A stretch of 40,293 nucleotides of DNA from positions 1-40,293 of IMG/VR virus record IMGVR_UViG_3300044707_000286, one strand, 5' to 3'. The notes beneath the pieces are model-generated. The model was given only the letters and a program-made list of their open reading frames with translations, did not search any database and had not been told where the DNA came from. Positions 1-7,910 of the stretch are shown here, in pieces. The position numbers were made by a program, and so were the translations under genes. This DNA comes from a virus (taxonomy: Duplodnaviria > Caudoviricetes). Within the stretch, counting starts at the first letter, position 1; the number at the start of each line of letters is the position of its first letter.

Positions 1-127
1 ACCATCACCGACCAGCGTTGCGTCCGGTGCAGGTAGCTCGCCAACTGCGGGCGCGGGATGATGTTAATTTTGAGGGCCACCGATGGTGATGATGTGGTCC
101 AGCCCTCCCGAGACCTCGACCTTCTCC
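1..127. repeat. Terminal direct repeat (circular assembly overlap), identical to 40167-40293
   Basis: The first 127 nt match the last 127 nt exactly, and terS and terL overlap across the join. The length equals a common assembler k-mer, so this is an assembly overlap rather than a physical DTR. Confidence 0.95.
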
Positions 128-435
128 GGTTCGTTCCAACCCATCGCCTTCGCGAGCATCTCCCCGTATTTCGCCGTGGCGGGAAGTTCCGGTGGCATTT
201 CCATGAACCGCTCGCGGAGTGTTTCGAGGTAGGTCTCGCGTTTGTAGCTCATCTTGGATTCCGACTTGGCGCGGAGTTCTTCAATTCGGGCGGCTACACT
301 TGCATTTCCTTGCAATTTGCAAGCGGCACCATCGGCTCCCTTTTCCGAGTAACCGGCGCGGATGTAGGCTTGCGTGAGCGAGAGACCGCTCGCGACACCT
401 TGGCAAAACGCCTCCTGTTTTGGGTTCAGTTTCAT
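64..435 (-). CDS. terS: Terminase small subunit
   Basis: MKLNPKQEAFCQ...TQAYIRAGYS...ACKL...VAARIEEL is the typical TerS HTH N-terminus. It lies directly upstream of terL across the circular join. Start placed at ATG 435. Confidence 0.85.
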   Translation of the reverse strand: MKLNPKQEAFCQGVASGLSLTQAYIRAGYSEKGADGAACKLQGNASVAARIEELRAKSESKMSYKRETYLETLRERFMEMPPELPATAKYGEMLAKAMGWNEPEKVEVSGGLDHIITIGGPQN

Positions 436-452
436 AGAGTTGATGGTATCAG

Positions 453-866
453 TCAAAATTGGTCTTGACAAGATTCTCGGTTCTCCCCCTCATACTCCCC
501 CTGTGTAGTGATTTCGACGGTGGTCATTTCTTCCGCTTTCGTCGCGACTTTGACTTGCCGGAAGATAATTTCGACGCTTCCCGGGTCATCGTCTGTGATA
601 AGTTTCGCGTAGCGGAGTTGGTCAATAAGTGGTTTGCAGCCTCCTGCAAAATTGTCGGCGTCGAGCAGACTGACTGCCCGTCTCGTAATGCAAAGAGTAG
701 TGCGATTTTTGCACTCACTTTCTCCTTTTGGATTGCCGACCAATGTTGGCCGAGGAGCCGGTTGAGGCTGGGGGTGAGGTAGCCGCGCAGTTGAAGTGTG
801 AGAGAATGAACCATCGGGATTTTGGCGGTAGCCGAGCTTTCGGAGTTGTTCATGGGTCCAGTTCAT
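453..866 (-). CDS. RusA-like Holliday junction resolvase (catalytic part)
   Basis: LLDADNFAGGCKPLIDQL...ITDDD matches the RusA DxDN..K...D...DD pattern. ATGA coupling to the upstream gene. Confidence 0.65.
   Translation of the reverse strand: MNWTHEQLRKLGYRQNPDGSFSHTSTARLPHPQPQPAPRPTLVGNPKGESECKNRTTLCITRRAVSLLDADNFAGGCKPLIDQLRYAKLITDDDPGSVEIIFRQVKVATKAEEMTTVEITTQGEYEGENRESCQDQF
524..814 (-). CDS. Overlapping (+1 frame) ORF resembling the RusA N-terminal segment
   Basis: SLTLQLRGYLTPSLNRLLGQHWSAIQKEK resembles the 'L.LP..PS.N....HW' start of phage RusA-like proteins. Alternative start at 853. Confidence 0.45.
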   Translation of the reverse strand: MVHSLTLQLRGYLTPSLNRLLGQHWSAIQKEKVSAKIALLFALRDGQSVCSTPTILQEAANHLLTNSATRNLSQTMTREASKLSSGKSKSRRKRKK

Positions 867-1123
867 TTGTTAAGTCCACCGGCATGGTTGGTCGCGCCTT
901 CCAGTTTCCGGATGCGCTCGGCTTGGCGTTCGATCTTTTCACGCGCCTTGTCGCGCTCCATGAGTAGCCGCGTCTGATCTTTGTGAAATTCATCAGCGAG
1001 TTTCCTCGCCTCGTCGCGCTCGCGTTCCAATTGCCGTGCGTGCCTCCATATAATCGGATGAGAAAACTTTGCCGCGCTTCCAAGTTGATCTTCAAGGTGA
1101 TCTGTCTCTGGTGTGTCACTCAT
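863..1123 (-). CDS. Hypothetical coiled-coil protein
   Basis: ARQLERERDEAR..ERDKAR repeats; ATGA overlaps at both ends. Confidence 0.7.
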   Translation of the reverse strand: MSDTPETDHLEDQLGSAAKFSHPIIWRHARQLERERDEARKLADEFHKDQTRLLMERDKAREKIERQAERIRKLEGATNHAGGLNK

Positions 1124-1437
1124 CTCTTTTTCCTTTCGCGAAGCATCTTGATGATCTGCGGAAATTTCGCCGGGTGAAAGGCCGCATCTTTAATTTTGTC
1201 CGCAGGTAAATCCAGCGTGGAACAGATTTGGCGGAACGACCGGCCTTTGAAAAAATGCCGAGCCGTCCGCCTTGCTTCCTTGATAATCGCCTGCTGGTGC
1301 TTGCTTTTGTAAAAATGCTTGTTCCAGATGTCCTCGATGGCTTGCCAAATGACATGGCAAGCCAGATCGCGGACTCCCTCTTCGTGGTAATCAGAAAGGG
1401 ATTTCGTCACCTTCGTCGTCGTGGGTTTTTTCGACAT
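1120..1437 (-). CDS. Hypothetical protein
   Basis: MSKKPTTT...LACHVIWQAIED...ARHFF...FRQICSTLDLPAD looks like a typical small phage protein; stop is coupled to the next start. Confidence 0.6.
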   Translation of the reverse strand: MSKKPTTTKVTKSLSDYHEEGVRDLACHVIWQAIEDIWNKHFYKSKHQQAIIKEARRTARHFFKGRSFRQICSTLDLPADKIKDAAFHPAKFPQIIKMLRERKKR

Positions 1438-1687
1438 GGGTCTTGATTTCCTTCGCGGCCTGCGCGACCGGGATGAGTTGTTTCGCGTTGCCAAGGATCG
1501 GCATTTCGATCTTCGCGGCCCGCTCCTCCTTGGTGACTTGCTGTTTGACGATGTAGTCCCCGTAATCGCTTTCCGGGGTGTCGATGAGAATGAGGTCGGC
1601 AAAGATCGCCTCTTTGCCGTTCTTGCGGGTGATCCGCTTGAAGCGGGCTTTGTCAAGTTGAGTTACATCAATGGATAATGTGATCAT
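1391..1687 (-). CDS. Probable single-stranded DNA-binding protein
   Basis: Beta-rich core and acidic C-terminal tail DDEGDEIPF typical of SSBs; located in the replication module. Confidence 0.6.
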   Translation of the reverse strand: MITLSIDVTQLDKARFKRITRKNGKEAIFADLILIDTPESDYGDYIVKQQVTKEERAAKIEMPILGNAKQLIPVAQAAKEIKTHVEKTHDDEGDEIPF

Positions 1688-1688
1688 G

Positions 1689-1871
1689 TTAGTATTGGAT
1701 TGGTTGTTCGTCTGGTGGGAGAGTGTTCAAAAAGGCGACCGCCTTGCCGGACCCGGCGACCTCCGCTGCGGTCACGCAGTTGTCGGAAATCACCCCGTAG
1801 TTTTGCAGGATGTTCATCGTCTCGGTTTCGTTGAGCCGGTGCGCCTCGATGTAGTGTTCTAGTGTGTTCAT
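1689..1871 (-). CDS. Hypothetical protein
   Basis: 60-aa ORF that fills the gap exactly and is preceded by the TTTTGACTGATACCA motif. Confidence 0.65.
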   Translation of the reverse strand: MNTLEHYIEAHRLNETETMNILQNYGVISDNCVTAAEVAGSGKAVAFLNTLPPDEQPIQY

Positions 1872-1887
1872 ATGGTATCAGTCAAAA

Positions 1888-2754
1888 CTAAACGCCGCAC
1901 ATCCCCTCGCATTCGTTGCCAAATGATTGTTCGTCGAGCCAGAGCGAGAGTTGCCCGCGCTCGATGTCGGTGGAGAGATCGACCTGATCCAGCGGGACAA
2001 GGCTGGGGTGAAGGAAAGGAACGCCGCGCATTTTTTCCGTCTTTGCCTTGACCGCTTGCAGGTCTTTTTCAAAGCGGATGGCTCGCGCAAATTCTTCTGG
2101 CTCTTCGTCGCGGAGTCGTCGCCATTCGTTGTCGGAATGAAACGGGCAGTAAACGCAGGCCGAGCGTGGTGGCTTCGGGTAGCCATGCGACTCCATCCAT
2201 TTGAGGCAGTCCCGGCGACCCATGCGAAGCTCCACAAGCGGCCAGCGATGTTGGGACCATGCCACCCGACTCGGCTTGATGCGTTGGATTTCGTCCCATG
2301 AAATCCCGATCCATTGGGTGACGGTGATTTCCTTTTGCCCACGCTTAACCTGTCCCAGTCGCCGAGCGGCTCGCTCAAGCTGCTCCACTTTGTAGGAATA
2401 GGTGCATTGCCGACCCATGATTCCACGGGAGCCGTCTTTATTTTCTATAAATGCAGGGATCAGGCTTTTGCTCCAACATCCAGACCCATCTTTGCGTTGC
2501 CTGATAAGTAGAGACTCATCCGTCATGTCGCCACGGGTCACGCGATGCACCGGGAACGGTAAGTGCTCCTCCAGCCAATCGAGCCACTTGTAGACGCTGG
2601 CGGGTTCGGCCTGCGTGTCGGCAAAGATCGCCGCATCTGGCATCGGCGTGATCTCGCCATGCGCGGCCATGAGAGCCAAGGTGCTACTCTGCACTCCGGC
2701 CCCAAGAGATAGAAAGTTAAATTTTGTTTGTGGCGGTGTTTCCAATGGACTCAT
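1888..2754 (-). CDS. PAPS-reductase-like / PP-loop nucleotide alpha-hydrolase family protein
   Basis: LSLGAGVQS PP-loop-like motif, IFADT, R.CT..YK, WIGIS.DE, SACVYCPFH and C-terminal CEGMC. Confidence 0.7.
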   Translation of the reverse strand: MSPLETPPQTKFNFLSLGAGVQSSTLALMAAHGEITPMPDAAIFADTQAEPASVYKWLDWLEEHLPFPVHRVTRGDMTDESLLIRQRKDGSGCWSKSLIPAFIENKDGSRGIMGRQCTYSYKVEQLERAARRLGQVKRGQKEITVTQWIGISWDEIQRIKPSRVAWSQHRWPLVELRMGRRDCLKWMESHGYPKPPRSACVYCPFHSDNEWRRLRDEEPEEFARAIRFEKDLQAVKAKTEKMRGVPFLHPSLVPLDQVDLSTDIERGQLSLWLDEQSFGNECEGMCGV

Positions 2755-3446
2755 GTCTTAATAATTTTGGTAAACTCCGAGAGCCGCCGGAGGATCGGCT
2801 CGCCCCTGTCGGGCGAGAGCATTTGCTTCAGCGGTTCGCGGCCCGCATTCGCCGTCCAGATGATTGGAAGTTCATGGGAGGATCGGTGTTCCAGCAGGTC
2901 GAAGAGTTCCAGTTCCGCCCGCTCGGTGAATTTGTTTTTCCCGAGGTCATCGAGGAGCAGCACCTTCGTTCGGCGGCAGCGTGTCAGCGTGTCCTCCGCC
3001 AACGCCTTCGCCTGCGGATCGTCGTGCCATTGGTCGGCACAGGCTTTCGCGAATCCCGTGGCCGTGATTCCGAAAACGCGAACCCCGCTGAAATGCAGAC
3101 GCTTGAGCAGCATCCACGCCGCCCGGGTCTTGCAGGTTCCCGCAGGACCGACAAATCCGAGACCTTGGGGAGAAAACTCCCATGCCTCGCATTCGCGCAG
3201 AAATGCCGCTGGAATGCGTTTAGAGTCGCTTTCGCGGTAGATTGGTGGGCAGATAGTGTTGAACGCCTCCTGCCGCCTCTCCTGCTCCTCTGCGGCCTGC
3301 TCCTGCTTGAGCTTCTCGATCCGCTTGAGGTCACACTCGTCGCACAGGATTTTTATGTTCGGGAAAATCCGGAGCAAATCCTCGCTCGGCGATGGCACCG
3401 AGTTGTAGCACTCTGGCGATGCACAGGCTTGGACCGTGGCTACCAT
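2751..3446 (-). CDS. DnaC/IstB-like AAA+ helicase loader
   Basis: Walker A GPAGTCKT, Walker B LLLDDLG, IIWTAN, N-terminal Cys pairs; follows the replication initiator. Confidence 0.85.
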   Translation of the reverse strand: MVATVQACASPECYNSVPSPSEDLLRIFPNIKILCDECDLKRIEKLKQEQAAEEQERRQEAFNTICPPIYRESDSKRIPAAFLRECEAWEFSPQGLGFVGPAGTCKTRAAWMLLKRLHFSGVRVFGITATGFAKACADQWHDDPQAKALAEDTLTRCRRTKVLLLDDLGKNKFTERAELELFDLLEHRSSHELPIIWTANAGREPLKQMLSPDRGEPILRRLSEFTKIIKT

Positions 3447-4126
3447 GTGAGATCGACCTCCTTGACCATTGCAGGCGCGAGCGCCGGTTCCACCTTGTTA
3501 AGCCAGTTGATGACAAACTGCCGGGTCTTCTTACGCCCGGGGTGCGCCAGCAACCACGCATCCATCTTGCGGGACTCCGCATCGACATCGATGCCCGGAT
3601 AGTGCCGCCGCATCTCCGCCCAAAACTCCTCATCCAGAAGGTAGGCGTTGCTTTGGGGAGCGGAGCGACCTACTTCCTTTCCTTTCCCTTCCATTACATT
3701 CCTTTCCTTTCCTTTCCGTTCGCGGTCAGCTTCGCCATCCTGTGAACCACCTGCTTCACCTTCTGGTTGAAGCTGTGCTTCAAGCTGTGCTTCGCGGCGT
3801 GCTTCACCACTTGCTCGACCACCACGCGAAGCAAATTCGCGTTTTGCTTGAACCTCTGCTTCCTTCGCAACCGGATAGAATGCAATGCGTAGGTCGCGCC
3901 CGCGCCACTCCCAAAGTTGCGCTTGTGCGGAAACCTCGCTTGCCAACACTCCGCAGGTCATCTGCCATTGCCGGTCTTTCCACTCACGGCAACCTTTGAT
4001 GACGCCGCCGTTTTCTTGGTCGGAGCAGTAAGCGAGAAGGGACAACCATGTCGCTCGTTCGACCGGCTCCGCCCCAACAAAAGCCGGGGACCGGAGGTTC
4101 GCGATCTCGATATTGAGCCACCTCAT
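3440..4126 (-). CDS. Replication initiator protein (lambda O-like arrangement)
   Basis: N-terminal helical domain, SRGGRASGEARR linker, KGKE repeats, C-terminal '..F..NWL' domain; lies upstream of the DnaC-like gene. Confidence 0.65.
   Translation of the reverse strand: MRWLNIEIANLRSPAFVGAEPVERATWLSLLAYCSDQENGGVIKGCREWKDRQWQMTCGVLASEVSAQAQLWEWRGRDLRIAFYPVAKEAEVQAKREFASRGGRASGEARREAQLEAQLQPEGEAGGSQDGEADRERKGKERNVMEGKGKEVGRSAPQSNAYLLDEEFWAEMRRHYPGIDVDAESRKMDAWLLAHPGRKKTRQFVINWLNKVEPALAPAMVKEVDLTW
3673..3817. repeat. Candidate replication origin (12-bp-periodic iterons plus pyrimidine tract)
   Basis: AAGCTGTGCTTC tandem at 3770-3793; GCTTC at 3729, 3753, 3777, 3789 and 3801; TTCCT-type tract at 3673-3717. 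Confidence 0.5.
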
Positions 4127-4878
4127 TTCAATTTCCCTCCAAGAATTTGGAATGCGAGCGCAGCCACGATTGGAACTTGTCCATTCCCAACGGCTTTAAG
4201 TCGCTTTGACCTATCGGCCACATCATCCTCTCTTCTTGCCAACAAGGGTTTAATGCTACCCGATCTGGCATTTCCAAATTGAATTCCAGCCAACTCTTGC
4301 AAAGAAACCTTGCTACCCGATCCCCTTTGTAGAGTTTTGCTAAAGACTTTGGTTTTGCCCAAGTGTCTCGGCATTCGGAAGCCACTGGAGTAGGCCAAAA
4401 TCCATATCCTTTTCCGGATGTGATCTCCTCCCACATTGTCTGCTCCCACAACTCCCCATCGTGCATCATACCCCAGTTCGGAAAGGTCTCCAAGGACTCG
4501 CCCAAGTCCTCGAAAAGTAAGCATTGGGCTGTTCTCCATGAACGCGAATTTCGGTCGTATTTCGCCAATGATTCTGGCCATTTCTGACCAGAGTCCGCTT
4601 CGTTCGCCTTCAATTCCAGCCCCCCCCCCTGCGCTTGAGATGTCCTGGCAAGGGAATCCTCCGCAGACGACATCGACTTTCCCTCTCCACGGAGTTCCGT
4701 CGAAGGTGGTGACATCATTCCAGATTGGGAACTTTGGCAGGATTCCGTCCCGCTGCCTTTGCAACAGGACTTTCCGGCAATAAGGTTCAATCTCGACAGC
4801 ACAGACTGGGGTATGTCCAAGAAGGATGCCGCCGAGGATTCCTCCCCCTGCTCCAGCAAATAGGTGTAGCTCATTCAT
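4123..4878 (-). CDS. DNA (cytosine-5) methyltransferase, large polypeptide
   Basis: Motif I LFAGAGG, IV GGFPCQD, VI ENS, VIII RKRIWI, X RLKAVGNGQV; no motif IX in this frame. Confidence 0.9.
   Translation of the reverse strand: MNELHLFAGAGGGILGGILLGHTPVCAVEIEPYCRKVLLQRQRDGILPKFPIWNDVTTFDGTPWRGKVDVVCGGFPCQDISSAGGGAGIEGERSGLWSEMARIIGEIRPKFAFMENSPMLTFRGLGRVLGDLSELGYDARWGVVGADNVGGDHIRKRIWILAYSSGFRMPRHLGKTKVFSKTLQRGSGSKVSLQELAGIQFGNARSGSIKPLLARREDDVADRSKRLKAVGNGQVPIVAALAFQILGGKLK
4128..4874 (-). CDS. Overlapping +1-frame polypeptide carrying MTase TRD/motif IX-like segments
   Basis: 248-codon open frame with WPTPVASE and LNPCWQEERMMWPIG; its ATG overlaps the upstream stop (ATGA). Confidence 0.65.
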   Translation of the reverse strand: MSYTYLLEQGEESSAASFLDIPQSVLSRLNLIAGKSCCKGSGTESCQSSQSGMMSPPSTELRGEGKSMSSAEDSLARTSQAQGGGLELKANEADSGQKWPESLAKYDRNSRSWRTAQCLLFEDLGESLETFPNWGMMHDGELWEQTMWEEITSGKGYGFWPTPVASECRDTWAKPKSLAKLYKGDRVARFLCKSWLEFNLEMPDRVALNPCWQEERMMWPIGQSDLKPLGMDKFQSWLRSHSKFLEGN

Positions 4879-5164
4879 GCGCCCCCCTGTAGACGGCAAG
4901 CACCCGTGCATGAGCCTGCGCCCGCTTCGCCTTGCGGTAGCAGAGGTGCTGGATCACGCCGGTTTTGACCGCTGCCGAAAACCTCGCCCCCATCGCGTTC
5001 GGGTGGGGCGGTTCGGGAATCCATGGCCGGACATCTTCCGCCGTGAATTCCGCGCCATTCCGGGCGAGCCACCCGATCACTTGGTCACAGGTCGCCTTCC
5101 AATCCTCCGGGGTATTTCCATCCACCGCGAGGATGCCTCGGTCGCGTAGTTCCTCGCCGGTCAT
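4871..5164 (-). CDS. Hypothetical protein (possibly winged-helix-like)
   Basis: MTGEELRDRG...FTAEDV...PPHPNAMGARF; ATGA-coupled to the upstream nuclease gene. Confidence 0.7.
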   Translation of the reverse strand: MTGEELRDRGILAVDGNTPEDWKATCDQVIGWLARNGAEFTAEDVRPWIPEPPHPNAMGARFSAAVKTGVIQHLCYRKAKRAQAHARVLAVYRGAHE

Positions 5165-6174
5165 TTGGATTTCCCTTTCTTCGGCTTGTCCTCGACCAGT
5201 TTCACGATCTCCTTGCCGATCTCCGCCTCGCCGTCCTGCACCGGCACACCCATCTTGCCGCACCATGCGCGGTAGGTCGCCCCGCCCATCTCGCCGCCGA
5301 GCGCCTCGACCAAGTCGTCGAGTCCCGACTTTCCGGCCACCGCCGCCCGCACAATCGACAAGCGTGAGAATGTTTCGCTCCCCTTCTGCTTCTGGAGCTT
5401 CCACCCCGGCACCTCCGCGCCAGCGACCATCTGCGCCTTCGCCGCATCCTTGAGCGGCTTCACGAATTCCTTGGAGAAAATCGATTCCGCCTTGAGGAAC
5501 TTCCCAAGCCGCACCGGATCGGCAAGCAGGCTTTGGCGAATCTCCTCCAGCGACACCGAGGATTCCACGGTCGCCAGCGTCTCCACCACCGGAGCCGTCA
5601 GCGCGACACAAGTGTCGGATTTGCGGCACCATGAGCAGTATTCACAGGAGGTCGGCTTGCGATTTGGATCGCTCGCCGAGGCCAAGACATCTGCCACAAC
5701 CTGCGCGGCCTTCTCGTAGGTGAAATGATATTCCACCACCTCGCGTTGGTCGCAGAACAGCAAATGCATGGTCCACTCTTGTGCAAATGCGCGATCCATA
5801 TTGCCAAGGCAGTAGGCTGCGGCCTGCTCGTAATACGAGCGCAGAGACCCCGACTTGAGGTCATAGCTCGTCGCCTTGCTTTCTGTCCTCGCATCCTCCG
5901 TGCCTTCATGCTCCATGCCCGGGGTGCGAACTTTGAGCTTCGCCTCGTCCGCCTCGATCTCCGCGCCGTCCGCGATGTCGCGGGCGGTATCCACCGCCCA
6001 CATCACCGCTTCCAGTTCCTCGGTCGTGAGGTCGCCGGTCACCGGCTTGCCCATGAGGAACGCCCGGAACGCCGCATCCATTTTCGTGCCACGCTCCGCC
6101 GCCGGTCCTGCCACGGGATTGCTCTCGTAGCAGGGGCATTGGGCTAACTTGGGGAGTGCAGAATGACGGATCAT
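5161..6174 (-). CDS. PD-(D/E)XK (Cas4-like) exonuclease, RecT partner
   Basis: HSAL...C, AAERGT, GTED...YDLKSG, Q...Y, CEYCSWC...C; adjacent to recT. Confidence 0.75.
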   Translation of the reverse strand: MIRHSALPKLAQCPCYESNPVAGPAAERGTKMDAAFRAFLMGKPVTGDLTTEELEAVMWAVDTARDIADGAEIEADEAKLKVRTPGMEHEGTEDARTESKATSYDLKSGSLRSYYEQAAAYCLGNMDRAFAQEWTMHLLFCDQREVVEYHFTYEKAAQVVADVLASASDPNRKPTSCEYCSWCRKSDTCVALTAPVVETLATVESSVSLEEIRQSLLADPVRLGKFLKAESIFSKEFVKPLKDAAKAQMVAGAEVPGWKLQKQKGSETFSRLSIVRAAVAGKSGLDDLVEALGGEMGGATYRAWCGKMGVPVQDGEAEIGKEIVKLVEDKPKKGKSK

Positions 6175-6992
6175 GCCGCCTCCTTTTGTCCGAGGACCGC
6201 CGCGATGAACTTCGGCGTGTTAGCCAGCACCCGGGAACGATAAGCCCCATCGGGAAGATCACGGAAGGTCTGGCCCTCGGCGATCTGCTCCTTGGCGATA
6301 AGGAATGCATTCACCGCCTCCTCGTTTTTGACCATATCCTCTGGCCAATCGGGGGCGGTATCAGCCGAAACCGCCACGGCCTCGACCTCGATCAGCTTCG
6401 GCGCTTCCGCCGCCGGTTTCTCGACGCGCACTTTTTCAAAAGCCACCGCATTTTTAGCGATGTCCCGCGCCTCGTCCTCATCGGTGATGCCAGAGATTCC
6501 GAAAGCCACACGCACGGCTTCCTTCACCGCCTTGTGTCGAAGCATCCGGCGAGGGAATTGTTTCCACGGTTCCGTTGGCCGGTAGCACTCCGCAAAATAC
6601 TCGGTCACCTTGGTCGCGTGGGTGCGGTCCTTGCGGTAGACCACCGCCGTGACCGATGCCGGTTTGCCGTCCGGGCCATCCTCAAACAAAAACTCGATGC
6701 CGTCGAATTGCGGTTGCGAGTTAAGGATGTGTAGCCAACCGTCCACCGAGACGACCGGCGTGATGCCACCCTTGCTAGGGAATGCGTAGATTTGCTTGGT
6801 GAGTGGGTCTAACCCGTAGCGGTTGCTCACAGCAACCAGCGCCAGCATTTCCTCGTTGCTCGCGCCCTTGAAGCAAGTTGCCTTGAGGGTGTCGAGGAGT
6901 TTGGAGGGGTCTACAGACAAGCGGTCGGCCATGATGCCAAGCGCCGTTGTCCGGGGTTGTTTGACTTCGATCTGTGTTTCTGTATTTTTCAT
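6171..6992 (-). CDS. recT: RecT/Bet single-strand annealing protein
   Basis: YGLDPLTKQIYAFP..GGITPVVSVDGW, FDGIEF, TEYFAEC, PW...PRRMLRHKA.....R.AFG.SGI.DEDEA. Confidence 0.9.
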   Translation of the reverse strand: MKNTETQIEVKQPRTTALGIMADRLSVDPSKLLDTLKATCFKGASNEEMLALVAVSNRYGLDPLTKQIYAFPSKGGITPVVSVDGWLHILNSQPQFDGIEFLFEDGPDGKPASVTAVVYRKDRTHATKVTEYFAECYRPTEPWKQFPRRMLRHKAVKEAVRVAFGISGITDEDEARDIAKNAVAFEKVRVEKPAAEAPKLIEVEAVAVSADTAPDWPEDMVKNEEAVNAFLIAKEQIAEGQTFRDLPDGAYRSRVLANTPKFIAAVLGQKEAA

Positions 6993-7072
6993 TTAGTTAT
7001 TACTGCTTTTCTTGTGGTTTAACTTTGCCCCGTTGGATTGCCGTCCTTCGGGGCGCTTTCTTGTGGTGAGGA

Positions 7073-7225
7073 CTAGTCCTCGAAATCTTCCCATTCCGCC
7101 CAGCGTTTGCGGCGTTCCTGTAAATCACGCATCCGGATAAACATATTGCGTTGGCCGAGGTGATAGCTCGCAAGGCACGACCCGAGGGTGACAATGGCCA
7201 GCGCGATTCCCTCCCAGCCGCTCAT
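7073..7225 (-). CDS. Small membrane protein
   Basis: MSGWEGIALAIVTLGSCLASY... has one hydrophobic segment; ATGA overlap with the upstream ORF. Confidence 0.55.
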   Translation of the reverse strand: MSGWEGIALAIVTLGSCLASYHLGQRNMFIRMRDLQERRKRWAEWEDFED

Positions 7226-7323
7226 CGGGCCAACCTCCATGTCAAAAGGCCGAGGATGACGACCGGAGCCATCGCAAACGCAAAATCCAGCGCATACCCG
7301 ATGCATCGGAGAATGGTGTCCAT
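7222..7323 (-). CDS. Small hydrophobic protein (33 aa, not in the ORF track)
   Basis: MDTILRCIGYALDFAFAMAPVVILGLLTWRLAR; TAATG overlap with the xis stop and ATGA overlap with the next gene. Confidence 0.5.
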   Translation of the reverse strand: MDTILRCIGYALDFAFAMAPVVILGLLTWRLAR

Positions 7324-7523
7324 TACGCGACCCTCCGGTTGGTTGTCTGGCGGCGGCGATCCGCCCACCAGTTTTCCAGAGAAGGGCGCAAAATCCGCCA
7401 ACCTCCTTTGTTGCCTCTTGGTTTTTCAGCAGTAAACGCCCCCTTGCGGCATAGCTGCCTCACGGTGAAAGGAGCGTATCCTGTGACTTGCGCGGCTTCC
7501 TCTACGGTCATCATTGTGTTCAT
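7323..7523 (-). CDS. xis: Excisionase-like HTH DNA-binding protein
   Basis: MTVEEAAQVTGYAPFTVRQLCRKG...WRI...L..W follows the HTH_17/Xis pattern; near the integrase. Confidence 0.75.
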   Translation of the reverse strand: MNTMMTVEEAAQVTGYAPFTVRQLCRKGAFTAEKPRGNKGGWRILRPSLENWWADRRRQTTNRRVA

Positions 7524-7555
7524 GGGTTACTAAAACCTTTCTTCAAAAAAATTGA

Positions 7556-7777
7556 CTATTGTGCGTATGTATTGTATGAATTTGATGATTGGCGGGTTAC
7601 TAAAACCTGCTCCAAAAAAAACTCGACCTGCCGACTAGTTGGTCTTTTGCCTGCTGCCGCCTCAACTTTTACTCGGGCGACGAGTTCTCTTGGAAGCCAC
7701 ACGGCCAGCAGCTCTTTTTGTGGCTTCGGCGATGGCGATGTAGTCTTCCGGCGCGAGGGTGGTTTGGCGAGTGGCAT
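7556..7777 (-). CDS. Ribbon-helix-helix (Arc/CopG-like) regulator 2
   Basis: KELLAVWLPRELVARVKVEAAAGKRPTSRQVEFFLEQVL; paralogous to RHH1 and overlapping it in the +1 frame. Confidence 0.6.
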   Translation of the reverse strand: MPLAKPPSRRKTTSPSPKPQKELLAVWLPRELVARVKVEAAAGKRPTSRQVEFFLEQVLVTRQSSNSYNTYAQ

Positions 7778-7910
7778 GGGTAAGGACTTCTTCAATAAAA
7801 GCGGTGATTGTCAGCCCACGGGTTTTAGCAGCTTTGCGGACCCGTGCCGCCAATGTGCGAGGGATGTAAAATCCGATCACTTCTTTATCAGCGGAATGTT
7901 GGTTTGGCAT
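7662..7910 (-). CDS. Ribbon-helix-helix regulator 1
   Basis: KEVIGFYIPRTLAARVRKAAKTRGLTITAFIEEVL follows the RHH pattern. Confidence 0.7.
   Translation of the reverse strand: MPNQHSADKEVIGFYIPRTLAARVRKAAKTRGLTITAFIEEVLTHATRQTTLAPEDYIAIAEATKRAAGRVASKRTRRPSKS

Noticed and set aside
1-127. Physical terminal repeat of the virion DNA
   Set aside because: 127 bp matches a typical assembly k-mer overlap and falls within the terS/terL overlap; it is evidence of circularity only.
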